A stretch of 62,503 nucleotides of DNA, the filler included. It is 4 parts of 4 records of this genome, joined end to end, with 100 filler letters (N's around TTAATTAATTAA, not from the genome) between each part and the next. Parts side by side here need not be neighbours in the genome. Positions count along the whole stretch, not along the records: positions 1 to 31,726 come from SRR31156797_1968; positions 31,827 to 40,426 come from SRR31156797_1977; 2 more parts are not named here. One strand, 5' to 3'. The notes below the pieces were generated by a model, which was not told the DNA's origin, did not search any database, and saw nothing but the letters and a program-made list of their open reading frames with translations. Position numbers and translations under genes: made by a program. Shown here piece by piece: positions 20,097-32,157 of the stretch. Within the stretch, counting starts at the first letter, position 1. The number at the start of each line of letters is the position of its first letter.

Positions 20097-21083
20097 ATGA
20101 GAACTATTCAACTATTTAAATCAGTTGATGGACTGTCGTTTGAAGAAAAGTTTAAAAATACACTTAAGCTAATCACAAAAGAATCAGCAGGTAAACCAAT
20201 TGTAAATCTCAATATATATTTATCATCAAATAATGAAGAAGAGTTTAATGATGAATTGAAAGTTACTAATAAATTATTAGCAGAAAGTTTTGTTGAATCA
20301 ATACCTGCATCACAAATTATAGCCCAAAAAACATCAGATGCTCATTTTACAATTGAATGCATGTTATGTGAATTGGATAAATCAAGGATTGAGTACAAGA
20401 AAATATTAAAACATCCTTATGTAAAAATTAACCATGAAAATGGTTTTGAAATTCTATCTGGAGGTATATGTTTTAATGAGGAAAGCTATATTTTTTCACT
20501 TCAAAGAAGTATAGATTTTGTTGAACAAATATTAAGTGCCGAAAAAATAAATTTTAAAAATATTTATAAAGAGACTAACTCTATTTCGAATATTAGCAAT
20601 AAGTGTATGTTTGATGGAAAAGAGCAAAGTAACTATGAAATTTTTTCTAAACTTAAAGAACTTTTACAGGATAATCCTAACAGTGTTTCTGATAAAAATG
20701 TAATTTCTAACGGAAGTGATTATGGCGACTTTACAACTCAGTTTTATGCCTACAAAGAAACCTCACAAAATAATATAAACTCTATATCCGATATATTACT
20801 TGAGGATAATTGGTTTTATCTTAAAGCAGAAAATTCATATAATAATGATGTAGAAAAACAAACCATTTTTTTACTTGATAAACTTAATAGCCTGCTGACT
20901 GAAAAAGCTATAGTTTTCAATAGTATTCAGTTTATTAAAGCATTAGTGAAAAATGTTGATGACTTTAACAAAGTAGAAGAAATCTTAAAATCTGCCATAC
21001 CAACCAAAAATATCTTAGTTGTACAAACTGATAATATTGATGATAACCTGATACGACTAGAAGGTTTAATTTCTAATTTATAA
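20097..21083 (+). CDS. Degenerate RidA/YjgF-fold (chorismatase-like) protein
   Basis: Repeated YjgF-like patterns (IPASQIIAQ; DVEKQT...LL; LIRLEG). Start moved to ATG 20097 because the TTG at 20073 lies within the -7 element. Confidence 0.5.
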   Translation: MRTIQLFKSVDGLSFEEKFKNTLKLITKESAGKPIVNLNIYLSSNNEEEFNDELKVTNKLLAESFVESIPASQIIAQKTSDAHFTIECMLCELDKSRIEYKKILKHPYVKINHENGFEILSGGICFNEESYIFSLQRSIDFVEQILSAEKINFKNIYKETNSISNISNKCMFDGKEQSNYEIFSKLKELLQDNPNSVSDKNVISNGSDYGDFTTQFYAYKETSQNNINSISDILLEDNWFYLKAENSYNNDVEKQTIFLLDKLNSLLTEKAIVFNSIQFIKALVKNVDDFNKVEEILKSAIPTKNILVVQTDNIDDNLIRLEGLISNL

Positions 21084-21115
21084 CATCCTAAATATAAAAA
21101 TTTAAGTATAAAAGC

Positions 21116-23509
21116 ATGTGGATTGTAGTTGCACGAACAATACTAAAAAATAGAATATTATTACTTAGCATACTTGCTATAATTACGGCATTTATGGCCT
21201 ATAAAGCCGGGGATGTTCAAATGTCATATCAATATGCCCCTTTATTACCCGAAGATGATCCTGCATTTTTAGAATATCAGCATTTTGAGGAAATATTTGG
21301 TAATGAAGGTAATTTAATGGTAATAGGAGTAAAAGATAAGGAATTCTTTACCTTAAACCATTATCGTCGTTGGAAAAACCTTTCTGAATCAATTCAAAAA
21401 ATTAATGGTGTCAGTTCTGTATTATCAGTAACAGAATCTTATGATTTAATTAAAAACAAAGAGCTTAAACAATTTGAAATTCAACCAGTTTTCAATGGAA
21501 AAGTCAATTCACAATATGAATTAGATTCGTTAAAAAATCACTTTTATGCCTTACCGTTTTATAAAGGGACTTTATACAATAGCAGTAATCATTCTTATTT
21601 AATGGCCATTACACTGGAACCAGAAATTCTTCAGAGTCCCGCAAGAGTAACCTTAATTAAAAATATAATTCAAGCTGGTGATGAATACGAAAAAGATACT
21701 GACAAAGAAATTCATTATTCTGGTTTACCATATATAAGAGTTACTACAGCTGAAATGATAAAGAAAGAACTCAATATGTTCATTTTTTTAGCTTTGGGAA
21801 TTACTGCTGTTATAATTTTTCTATTCTTTCGGTCTTTTAAAGTTGTTATCTTTTCAATGCTGGTAGTAGCTATTGCTGTAATTTGGGCACTTGGTACACA
21901 GGCTTTGTTTGGATATAAGATTACAATATTAACAGGAATGATTCCTCCATTAATTATTGTAATTGGTATTCCTAACTCTGTTTTTTTACTGAATAAATAT
22001 CATCAGGAATATAGAAAGCATGGTAATAAAATTAAGGCACTACAAAGGGTTATTCGTAAAATTGGTAATGCAACCTTTTTAACCAACTTAACCACAGCTT
22101 CTGGCTTTGCTACTTTTATTTTTACAAGTAGTAGAATTTTGGTAGAATTTGGTGTTATCGCAGCAATCAACATTATCGGCGTATTTGTATTATCTCTTCT
22201 GTTAATACCAATTATATTTAGCTTTTTATCAGCACCAAAAGAAAGACATTTAAATCATTTAGATAATAAACCAGTAAATAAAGTAGTAGATAAATTAGTA
22301 CATATATCCTTAAACCATCGAAAAGCTGTGTACATTACAACAGCTATTGCGTTAGTTTTAGGAGTAGTTGGTATTACTCAAATTAAAACTACAGGATATA
22401 TGCTAGATGATATTCCTCACGATGATCCTTTATATCTTGATTTAAAGTTTTTTGAGGAAAACTTTGATGGTATAATGCCATTAGAAATTATGATCGATTG
22501 TAATAAACCTAATGGGGTTTTAAAAGCGAGTAACTTAAAAAAACTTGATCAACTTCATAAAAAAATTGCTGATAATCCAGATATTTCAAAAGCATTATCC
22601 TTATCTGAAGCTGTTAAATTTGCACGACAAGCGTTTTACAACGGAAATCCAAAATATTACAAAATTCCAAGTAATCAAGAGAGAAATTTTCTTTTATCCT
22701 ATGTTTCTAGGAGTGAAGGAGACCAATCTAAAATCATGAGTACTTTTATTGATTCTTTGAAACAGAAAACAAGATTAAGCTTTAGAATTAAGGATGTTGG
22801 TACTACTAAAATGACTGAAATTAATAATCAGGTTATCAATGAAATTAACGAAATATTCCCTGAAGAAAAATACAATACATCTGTAACAGGTGCTAGTGTA
22901 CTATTTTTTAAAGGAACCAAATATTTAATTAGAAACTTATTTGTTAGCTTATTTTTAGCTGTTGTTTTAATTGCTTCATTTATGGCCTGGATGTTTTCGT
23001 CGAAAAGGATGGTTTTGGTATCATTAATTCCGAACTTAATTCCTTTGATTATGACAGCAGCTTTAATGGGATATTTTGGAATTCCAATTAAACCATCGAC
23101 TATTCTGGTATTCAGTATTGCTTTTGGTATTTCAGTAGATGATACAATTCATTACCTGGCAAAATACAGACAGGAATTAAGTGAAACAAACTGGAGTATA
23201 AAAGCAGCTGTTGTTTTAGCTTTAAAAGAAACAGGGGTTAGTATGATGTATACTTCAATCATCCTGTTTTTTGGATTTGGAATATTTGGCTTTTCAGAAT
23301 TTGGAGGAACAGTTGCACTTGGTATCTTGGTTGCAGTTACATTATTAATTGCATTAGTTTCTAACCTTATAATTCTTCCTTCATTGTTATTATCCTTAGA
23401 AAAACACATTACCAATAAATCATTTAAAGAACCTCTACTTCATATTTATAACGAAGACGAAGATATTGAGATTAAGGATTTAAAAATTGAAAAAGACAAT
23501 AAGAAATAG
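21116..23509 (+). CDS. MMPL/RND-family transporter
   Basis: Two repeats of TM, periplasmic loop and 5 TM; GISVDDTIHY. Confidence 0.88.
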   Translation: MWIVVARTILKNRILLLSILAIITAFMAYKAGDVQMSYQYAPLLPEDDPAFLEYQHFEEIFGNEGNLMVIGVKDKEFFTLNHYRRWKNLSESIQKINGVSSVLSVTESYDLIKNKELKQFEIQPVFNGKVNSQYELDSLKNHFYALPFYKGTLYNSSNHSYLMAITLEPEILQSPARVTLIKNIIQAGDEYEKDTDKEIHYSGLPYIRVTTAEMIKKELNMFIFLALGITAVIIFLFFRSFKVVIFSMLVVAIAVIWALGTQALFGYKITILTGMIPPLIIVIGIPNSVFLLNKYHQEYRKHGNKIKALQRVIRKIGNATFLTNLTTASGFATFIFTSSRILVEFGVIAAINIIGVFVLSLLLIPIIFSFLSAPKERHLNHLDNKPVNKVVDKLVHISLNHRKAVYITTAIALVLGVVGITQIKTTGYMLDDIPHDDPLYLDLKFFEENFDGIMPLEIMIDCNKPNGVLKASNLKKLDQLHKKIADNPDISKALSLSEAVKFARQAFYNGNPKYYKIPSNQERNFLLSYVSRSEGDQSKIMSTFIDSLKQKTRLSFRIKDVGTTKMTEINNQVINEINEIFPEEKYNTSVTGASVLFFKGTKYLIRNLFVSLFLAVVLIASFMAWMFSSKRMVLVSLIPNLIPLIMTAALMGYFGIPIKPSTILVFSIAFGISVDDTIHYLAKYRQELSETNWSIKAAVVLALKETGVSMMYTSIILFFGFGIFGFSEFGGTVALGILVAVTLLIALVSNLIILPSLLLSLEKHITNKSFKEPLLHIYNEDEDIEIKDLKIEKDNKK

Positions 23510-23514
23510 TTTTC

Positions 23515-24489
23515 ATGCAGAATATTAAACAATTACAAACGCTGGTTAATAAAACCATTGAAGAAATCCAATTTATAAGTCAACCAGAAGAATTGTATAA
23601 ACCTATAGAATATACAATTACACAAGGTGGGAAAAGAATTAGACCGGTACTTTGTTTAATGGCAGCAAAACTTTTCAATGCTGATATTTCTAAAATAGTT
23701 ATTCCAGCCATTGCTTTGGAGGTATTTCATAATTTCACATTATTACACGATGATATTATGGATAATGCTGACGTGAGGCGCAATATGCCAACCGTTCATA
23801 AAAAATGGAATACGAATACAGCTATATTATCTGGTGATGCCATGTTAATAAAGGCATATCAATTAATTAGCGAATCAGATAGTCAAAAACTTCCGGAAGT
23901 AATACAATTATTTAACAAGGTAGCTCTAGGAGTTTGTGAAGGACAACAGTATGATATGGAGTTTGAAGACAGAAACGACGTCACTGTTGATGAATACATC
24001 GAAATGATTCGATTAAAAACTGCTATTCTTTTAGCCGGAAGTTTAAAACTAGGCGCAATTTTGTCTAATGCTTCTGAAAAAGATGCGGATCACCTTTATC
24101 AATTTGGAATTAACATTGGCATAGCTTTTCAATTACAGGATGATTATCTGGATAGTTTTGGTAATCAGAGTACGTTTGGAAAAAAAATAGGAGGCGATAT
24201 TGTCGCTAACAAAAAAACATTCCTCATGTTAAATGCCATTAGCGAAGCAAGCGGAGAAGATAGAAAAGAATTAAATGATTGGCTAAGTAAAGATACTTTT
24301 GATGCTAATGAAAAAATTAAAGAAGTTCAGAATATTTATAAAAAATTATCTGTAGATGAAGCATCTAAAAACAAAATGAAAGAATACTATAACTTAGCAT
24401 TAGAAAATATATCCAGTGTAAATGGAAGTGAAGATATCAAATCAGAACTAATTTCTTATGCCAATAGTTTGATGGAAAGAATTAGTTAG
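23515..24489 (+). CDS. Polyprenyl diphosphate synthase
   Basis: GGKRIRP, LHDDIMD..RR, GQQYD, KTA, FQLQDD. Confidence 0.93.
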   Translation: MQNIKQLQTLVNKTIEEIQFISQPEELYKPIEYTITQGGKRIRPVLCLMAAKLFNADISKIVIPAIALEVFHNFTLLHDDIMDNADVRRNMPTVHKKWNTNTAILSGDAMLIKAYQLISESDSQKLPEVIQLFNKVALGVCEGQQYDMEFEDRNDVTVDEYIEMIRLKTAILLAGSLKLGAILSNASEKDADHLYQFGINIGIAFQLQDDYLDSFGNQSTFGKKIGGDIVANKKTFLMLNAISEASGEDRKELNDWLSKDTFDANEKIKEVQNIYKKLSVDEASKNKMKEYYNLALENISSVNGSEDIKSELISYANSLMERIS

Positions 24490-24666
24490 TACTTTTGAAA
24501 TCAATTGAATCTTTTGTACATTTCAGATAAATTCGCTTACAGCTAATTTTAGAAATTACTTTTTATTTTCAGCATTATTAATTAACAATCAATATGAAAC
24601 AAGCCAATTTGTTCCTATCACATCAAAATGGCAAGTTCCATCTGGCTTAAAAAAGAAAAATTTTAA

Positions 24667-26178
<1,512 letters not shown>

Positions 26179-26180
26179 TT

Positions 26181-26435
26181 ATGGATTTACATTTAGATAT
26201 TATTTCACCTGAAAAAATTCTATATTCTGCAGATGTAGGATTTGTGCAACTTCCTGGAATCAATGGGAGTTTCACTGTTTTAAAAAATCATGCAGCCATT
26301 GTCTCTACACTTACATCTGGAAAGATTAGAGTATTTGGTAAAGATGGAAAAGAAGACATTTTTGAATGTAAAGAAGGTGTTTTTGAATGTAAAGACAATA
26401 AAGCAACAGTATTGTTAGGGTCAATAAAGTCATAA
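26181..26435 (+). CDS. atpC: ATP synthase epsilon subunit (short form, no C-terminal helices)
   Basis: ISPEK, LPG..G.F.VLKNHA; follows atpD. Confidence 0.9.
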   Translation: MDLHLDIISPEKILYSADVGFVQLPGINGSFTVLKNHAAIVSTLTSGKIRVFGKDGKEDIFECKEGVFECKDNKATVLLGSIKS

Positions 26436-26454
26436 GAAATAATTAATCATATTC

Positions 26455-26487
26455 AAAAAACCGTTATCTATTTGATATCGGTTTTTT
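26455..26487 (+). terminator. Intrinsic terminator after atpC
   Basis: AAAAAACCGTTATC..GATATCGGTTTTTT imperfect hairpin with T tract. Confidence 0.65.
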
Positions 26488-26507
26488 GTATTAAATAAAC
26501 TAAAGTT

Positions 26508-27515
26508 TTGCAAAAAGTACTGATTATCAGACTTAGTTCAATTGGAGATATTATTCAATGCATGTCAGTTACAGGAGGTTTTAAAAACCATCATCCTGAA
26601 AGTGAAATTCACTGGATTGTGCGTAAAGATTTAGCTTCTTTATTAAAAATTGATCCTCGAATTGAAAAGCTAATTGAATTTGACAGAAAAGAAGGGATGT
26701 TAGGATTAATTAAATTAGCTTTTCAATTAAAAAAAGAAAAATACACACATATTTATGATGCACATAGCAACATTAGATCCAATATTTTAAAATTTATATT
26801 ACGACCACTGGGATTAGGTACAAAACTAATAACCAGAAGAAAAAGCAGGTTTAAACGAATGCTCCTGTTTAAATTCAGAATTAACATGTTACCTAATCCT
26901 TTTCGTGCCTTTGAATCTTTTAGAGCACCGCTAAAAAAATGGGGAATTACAAACTTTTTTACACCACATGATAATTGGAAATTTTCAGAAGACATCCTTC
27001 AAAAGTGTAGAGCATTATTGCCAAGTGAGGTATCTAAATCTATCACATTAGTTCCATCTGCTGCCTGGGAATTAAAAAGATGGCCTGTTGAATATTGGAA
27101 AGAACTTATTACTCTTTTACCAGATTTTCATTTTAATATTTTAGCCGGACCACAAGATGACTTTTGTAAAGATATTGTTTCTGCGGCACCTGAAAGAGTA
27201 ACGAATTTGGCTGGTAAAACATCTCTTTTAGAAAGTTTTTGTATTACATCATTATCTAAATTTGTAATTAGTGGCGATACCGGGTTTTTACACGCTGCAG
27301 ATCTGTTTAATATTCCCGGATGTGCGATTATTGGACCTACAGCCTTTGGATATCCTTCTGGAGAAGAAATGAAAATATTTCACATGAATCTTCCTTGTCA
27401 ACCTTGCAGCAAACATGGTAATACCAAATGCAAATTAAAAGAAAACAAAAAGTGTTTAATGGACATTAAACCTGAAAATATCGCCGCAAGTGTAAAAACA
27501 CTATATTCGCATTAA
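26508..27515 (+). CDS. Glycosyltransferase family 9 (heptosyltransferase-like)
   Basis: IRLSSIGDI, KRWP, LAGKTSL, DTGFLH.A, GPT. Confidence 0.9.
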   Translation: MQKVLIIRLSSIGDIIQCMSVTGGFKNHHPESEIHWIVRKDLASLLKIDPRIEKLIEFDRKEGMLGLIKLAFQLKKEKYTHIYDAHSNIRSNILKFILRPLGLGTKLITRRKSRFKRMLLFKFRINMLPNPFRAFESFRAPLKKWGITNFFTPHDNWKFSEDILQKCRALLPSEVSKSITLVPSAAWELKRWPVEYWKELITLLPDFHFNILAGPQDDFCKDIVSAAPERVTNLAGKTSLLESFCITSLSKFVISGDTGFLHAADLFNIPGCAIIGPTAFGYPSGEEMKIFHMNLPCQPCSKHGNTKCKLKENKKCLMDIKPENIAASVKTLYSH

Positions 27516-27561
27516 TTTAAAACTTAATCCAGGGTATTGTTTTTACCTTTATATTTTTACA

Positions 27562-29664
27562 ATGAAGATCAATATCAGTGTATTATTTGTTAATTCTATA
27601 GGCAAAAAAAAATGGGGTGGGGGAGAAAAGTGGATTCTATACACTGCTTTAGGCCTTAAAGAAAAAGGACATCAGGTAAAAATAGCCACGCGTAAAAATT
27701 CCGTTCTTTATAATAAAGCCTTAGCCTTTGGAATTCAAGTAATCAATATTTCTTATACTACAGATTTTAGTCTGTTTAGTGCTATTAAACTCAGAAGGTT
27801 TTTTAAACGAAATCAGACAGATGTTGCAATATGCAGCTTAAATAGAGATGTTAGAGTTATTGGAGGTTCTTGCAAGTTTTTAACCAACAGACCTAAAGTT
27901 ATTGGCCGACAAGGCGTACAACTGATTAATAATAAATGGAAATACCGATTCACCTATAAGAACTTTTCTGATGGTATATTAACCAATTCTAATTCTTTAA
28001 AAAACATATACGATAGTTATCAATGGTGGGATGACAGCTTTGTAAAAGTAATTTACAACGGAGTAAAAAACGCTCAATCTATTCAAAATTTTGATTTTGA
28101 AAAATACACAAAGCTTGATACGGATACTAAAGTAATAATTAGTGCAGGAAGATTAAATAAACAAAAAGGTTTTGAATATTTAATTGAATCTGCCATTGAA
28201 GCAAAGAAAAACAAAAAAAACTGGAAATACTTTATTGCCGGAACCGGTAGACAATATAGAAAACTTAAGAATCTAATTGAGAACAATAATCTTTCTGAGA
28301 CTGTATATTTAATTGGATTTCAAGATAATATAAATAGTTTATTTGCCAGAGCAGATGTTTTTGTTTTAGCTTCCTTGTATGAAGGTATGCCAAATGTATT
28401 GCTTGAGTCTATGATTAATAAAATTCCGGTTGTCAGTACTCCTGTTAACGGAGCTAAAGAATTAATAACTGATGGTGAGACCGGTTTATTTATTGAATCA
28501 GGAAACGCTCAGTCTATTTATGAAAAGCTTAATTATTTATTTGATAACAAAGAGATTTTAAGCAGTATAGCCATTCAAGGACAACAATATGTACTAAAAC
28601 ATTTTACACATGAGAATGCTGTAGATAAAGTACATTCCTATCTTACTGAAGTGGTATTAAAAGAAACCGACCAACCTTCATCTGATTTTTTAAAAAAATT
28701 ACTAAAAACTTATTATTCAATAGTTTCCATAAAACATAAAAATGTTAAGGCTTGGTACTATTTAAAAAATTTCATCCGGATAAAGACACACAAGCAATTT
28801 AAATCTAAAGGATTAAATAAAATCTTAAAGACAGCAAACCAATACGATTCTGGATATCTGGAAGAAAGGGTAAATTATTATAATAGGTTAATAAATAAAT
28901 CTGAGTTAACTGAAAATTATATACACCTGCGCGATTTTGTGTACACTAAAGAAATGCAAACTTATTTTTTTGATACCTGGAAATATACACGATTCTTTAA
29001 TCCTGATTATAAAATAAAATATGAATTTGGAGATGTAACTCACATACCTAACGAACCGGCTATTGTAAAGAGCAGACCCATACATGAAAACAATCATAAC
29101 TCTATTTTACTAAACCTAAATAAAATTAGGCATTTTGCTTTTGTAAAGGATAAACTTCCATTCGCCAGAAAACTAAACAAAATAGTTTGGAGAGGGAATA
29201 TTTGGACATACCAACCGCAAAGAATTTCTTTTCTAGAGAAACACTTTAACAATCCCTATTGTAATATTGGACATACCAATAAGGCAGATATTGAAACACC
29301 GTGGAAAGTTGAAAAACTAACCATTCATGAACAACTTAAATACAAATTCATTTTATCTATAGAAGGTAACGATGTGGCTACCAATTTAAAATGGATAATG
29401 TCTTCGAATTCTATAGCTGTAATGCCCACACCAAAATTTGAAACCTGGTTCATGGAAGGAACGCTAATACCAGACTATCATTATATTCATATTAAAGATG
29501 ATTACAGCGACTTAAATGAAAAAATGGAATACTATATCAATAATGCTGATAAAGCTGAAATAATCCGCCAAAATGCTAATAATTTTGTACATCAATTTAA
29601 AAATAGAAGAAGAGAAGATTTAATTTCTGTTCTGGTATTACAAAAATATTTTAATAAAAATTGA
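27562..29664 (+). CDS. Fused GT4 glycosyltransferase and GT90/LpsA-like domain
   Basis: N-half: GGGE, GRL..QKG, EGMPNVLLE. C-half: IVKSRP, WRG, EGNDVATNLKW, PKFETWFMEG. Confidence 0.8.
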   Translation: MKINISVLFVNSIGKKKWGGGEKWILYTALGLKEKGHQVKIATRKNSVLYNKALAFGIQVINISYTTDFSLFSAIKLRRFFKRNQTDVAICSLNRDVRVIGGSCKFLTNRPKVIGRQGVQLINNKWKYRFTYKNFSDGILTNSNSLKNIYDSYQWWDDSFVKVIYNGVKNAQSIQNFDFEKYTKLDTDTKVIISAGRLNKQKGFEYLIESAIEAKKNKKNWKYFIAGTGRQYRKLKNLIENNNLSETVYLIGFQDNINSLFARADVFVLASLYEGMPNVLLESMINKIPVVSTPVNGAKELITDGETGLFIESGNAQSIYEKLNYLFDNKEILSSIAIQGQQYVLKHFTHENAVDKVHSYLTEVVLKETDQPSSDFLKKLLKTYYSIVSIKHKNVKAWYYLKNFIRIKTHKQFKSKGLNKILKTANQYDSGYLEERVNYYNRLINKSELTENYIHLRDFVYTKEMQTYFFDTWKYTRFFNPDYKIKYEFGDVTHIPNEPAIVKSRPIHENNHNSILLNLNKIRHFAFVKDKLPFARKLNKIVWRGNIWTYQPQRISFLEKHFNNPYCNIGHTNKADIETPWKVEKLTIHEQLKYKFILSIEGNDVATNLKWIMSSNSIAVMPTPKFETWFMEGTLIPDYHYIHIKDDYSDLNEKMEYYINNADKAEIIRQNANNFVHQFKNRRREDLISVLVLQKYFNKN

Positions 29665-29737
29665 GACTAATAAGTTTTTCTTAGATTTCAATAACACAAA
29701 GTAATTCTCGAAAATCAATCCTCAAAATCCAACTTAC

Positions 29738-30679
29738 ATGAAATTCTATAATTTATATTACTTTATATCCTACAAAATTTTCATCAATAGGAATAAAAGC
29801 AAATTACACAGATACTTTTTATCATTACATTGGAAATTAATCAAGGAAATTTTTAATTTATCAATTCTAATTACAAACTGTTATTTACCTAAATCGGTTA
29901 AAATTAGGGATAAAAAGGAAGATTTTGTGGTTTCGTTAACCACCTTTCCAAAGCGAATTGATAGTTTACATGTAGTAATAAAAATTATTCTAAATCAAAC
30001 CTATCCACCAAGTAAAATTCTACTATGGTTATCAGAAGAAGAATTTCCTAAAAAATTAGAATCATTACCTAATTCTTTAAAAAAGCTATTGAAATATGAT
30101 ATTTTAGAAATAAAATTTGTTAGCGGAAATTTAAAATCACATAAAAAGTATTTCTACGCTTTTCAAGAGTATTCTGACAAAAACATTATAACTGTAGATG
30201 ACGATATAATTTACTATCCGGATACTTTTGAACGATTATTTTCCATAAATAAAATTTTTCCTGATTCTATATGTGCCAATGCAGCTAAAGAAATATTAAT
30301 TCAGGAAAACGCGTTTTTACCATATAAAAAGTGGAAACTTATCAGGTCAAATAAAATTTATGCAAGTCATAAACTTATAGCTATTGGATATGGAGCTATT
30401 CTGTATCCTAAAGGATGTTTTAATATCGATAAACTAATTGACCTTGATCAAATAAAAAAAAGCTGCTTACATGGGGATGATTTATGGTTAAAAATCAATG
30501 CATTATTAAATAATAAAACAATTGCTACCGGCGGCAAATTTTTTCCAATTCCTTTAACTATTCCGAGCTCACAGAAATTCGGTTTAAGAAATAAAAATGT
30601 AGGTGGCAATGAAAATGATATCCAATGGAATAAATTGAATAAAGCATTCAACTTAATTCAATATTTTAAACAATCATAA
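29738..30679 (+). CDS. Putative glycosyltransferase (GT-A fold)
   Basis: VVSLTTFPKRI, SHKK, ITVDDDIIY, DDLW. Confidence 0.72.
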   Translation: MKFYNLYYFISYKIFINRNKSKLHRYFLSLHWKLIKEIFNLSILITNCYLPKSVKIRDKKEDFVVSLTTFPKRIDSLHVVIKIILNQTYPPSKILLWLSEEEFPKKLESLPNSLKKLLKYDILEIKFVSGNLKSHKKYFYAFQEYSDKNIITVDDDIIYYPDTFERLFSINKIFPDSICANAAKEILIQENAFLPYKKWKLIRSNKIYASHKLIAIGYGAILYPKGCFNIDKLIDLDQIKKSCLHGDDLWLKINALLNNKTIATGGKFFPIPLTIPSSQKFGLRNKNVGGNENDIQWNKLNKAFNLIQYFKQS

Positions 30680-30687
30680 TTATAGAA

Positions 30688-31677
30688 ATGAATCAGGAAA
30701 AGTTAGTATCTGTTGCAGTACCAAACTATAATTCAGATAAGTATTTACAAAGATCTCTGGATAGCATAATTAATCAAACTTATAAAAATATAGAGATTAT
30801 TTGTGTTGATGATTTTTCAAATGATAACTCTATAGAAATAATAAGAACATACCAGAGAAAAGATAACAGGATAAAACTATTTCAAAATCAAAAAAACTTA
30901 GGTGCAGGAATAACAAAAAATGCTTGTTTAAAAGAAGCAACAGGAGATTATCTTTTAATTGTAGATGCTGATGATAAAATAGAACCGAATAGCATAGAAA
31001 CTCTCCTAAAAGAAGCTCTAAAAATAGATGCTGATTATGTTGGTGCTAACCATATCAAAGTGTGGGAAAAAAGAAACCATTATAAATATCATAAGAGTAA
31101 AAATTTTATTCAAAATTATTTTCAGTCATTAAGCTCTTGTAATAAATTATATAAAAGAGAATTTTTGGTTAAAAATAACATCGAATATCTAAATACAAGA
31201 TCCTGTGTGGATATGCCTTTTGTTATCAAAATATTTGTATTGGCGCAAAAATTTACTTGGTTAAATTTTGACTTTTATTACTATTTTCAAAATGAAGGAT
31301 CTGTTACAAAGCCTATTTCAAAAGAGCAAGATGACCTTATTTATCTGGATGTAATAAAGGCTTTTGAAGAAATAGATTCCTTTTTAAAAGACAAAAATAT
31401 TAACGATAAGAGATTAAATAAGATACTAATAAAACTTAAGCTTGTTTACTTAAAAATGCATTTTATTAGAAGACATCATTCCAATAAAAGCACATTTGTT
31501 AATGCTATGAACAAATATTTAATGAATGATAAAAAAATTTATAAGAAGTTTTACGCTCAAATAAATAATCGACTAAGAAAATATATATTTCTTAATGCAA
31601 TTACAATAGGTAAAGTAAACTCTATTAAATCTAAAAAAGATAAACTTATGACTGAAAAACAGAGTTTACTAGTTTAA
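30688..31677 (+). CDS. Glycosyltransferase family 2
   Basis: VP.YN, VDDFS.D, VDADD. Confidence 0.9.
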   Translation: MNQEKLVSVAVPNYNSDKYLQRSLDSIINQTYKNIEIICVDDFSNDNSIEIIRTYQRKDNRIKLFQNQKNLGAGITKNACLKEATGDYLLIVDADDKIEPNSIETLLKEALKIDADYVGANHIKVWEKRNHYKYHKSKNFIQNYFQSLSSCNKLYKREFLVKNNIEYLNTRSCVDMPFVIKIFVLAQKFTWLNFDFYYYFQNEGSVTKPISKEQDDLIYLDVIKAFEEIDSFLKDKNINDKRLNKILIKLKLVYLKMHFIRRHHSNKSTFVNAMNKYLMNDKKIYKKFYAQINNRLRKYIFLNAITIGKVNSIKSKKDKLMTEKQSLLV

Positions 31678-31726
31678 AATCAAATACCTTTTACTAATTA
31701 ACCCGAGTTCGATTCTAAAAAAGAGC

Positions 31727-31826
31727 NNNNNNNNNNNNNNNNNNNNNNNNNNNNNNNNNNNNNNNNNNNNTTAATTAATTAANNNNNNNNNNNNNNNNNN
31801 NNNNNNNNNNNNNNNNNNNNNNNNNN
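31727..31826. other. Artificial contig spacer
   Basis: N44-TTAATTAATTAA-N44; the 12-mer gives stops in all six frames. Confidence 0.98.
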
Positions 31827-31827
31827 A

Positions 31828-31920
31828 GTTCCTGGAACAGATAAAACTGTTAAAGTACCAGCTACAACTGTAGCTAAATTCAAAGTTGGAAAAGCTTTAA
31901 AAGAAGCAGTTGCTAAATAA
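31828..31920 (+). CDS. hup: HU DNA-binding protein, C-terminal fragment at contig edge
   Basis: VPGTDKTVKVPATTVAKFKVGKALKEAVAK*. Confidence 0.85.
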   Translation, partial: VPGTDKTVKVPATTVAKFKVGKALKEAVAK

Positions 31921-31937
31921 TTACTTCTTTATATATT

Positions 31938-31973
31938 AAAAAAGGAGAGCCATCGTGGTTCTCCTTTTTTTTT
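31938..31973 (+). terminator. Intrinsic terminator after hup
   Basis: AAAAAAGGAGAGCCA-TCG-TGGTTCTCCTTTTTT. Confidence 0.8.
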
Positions 31974-32061
31974 ACTTAAATTTAAATCTTTAATTTTTTT
32001 AAACCTATTTTAAACAGATTTTTAAGAGTTATTTAGTTATAATTCTGACCTCTTTTTAAGT

Positions 32062-32148
32062 GCCCGTGTGGTGAAACTGGTAAACACGTCGGATTCAAAA
32101 TCCGATGACTTCACGGTCTTGTCGGTTCGAGTCCGACCACGGGTACCA
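32062..32148 (+). tRNA. tRNA-Leu (anticodon CAA)
   Basis: Acceptor GCCCGTG/CACGGGT, anticodon arm TCGGA-TTCAAAA-TCCGA, long variable arm, GGTTCGAGTCC, encoded CCA; TATAAT at 32038-32043. Confidence 0.95.
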
Positions 32149-32157
32149 CTTAAATTG

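Noticed and set aside
31701-31726. GAGTTCGATTCT resembling a tRNA T-loop or att site at the end of contig A
   Set aside because: No T-stem pairing or acceptor stem; too short to support.
31771-31782. Repeated TTAATTAATTAA palindrome (also in the other two gaps) and ORF 47153-47344 running into Ns
   Set aside because: Synthetic linker, not biological.
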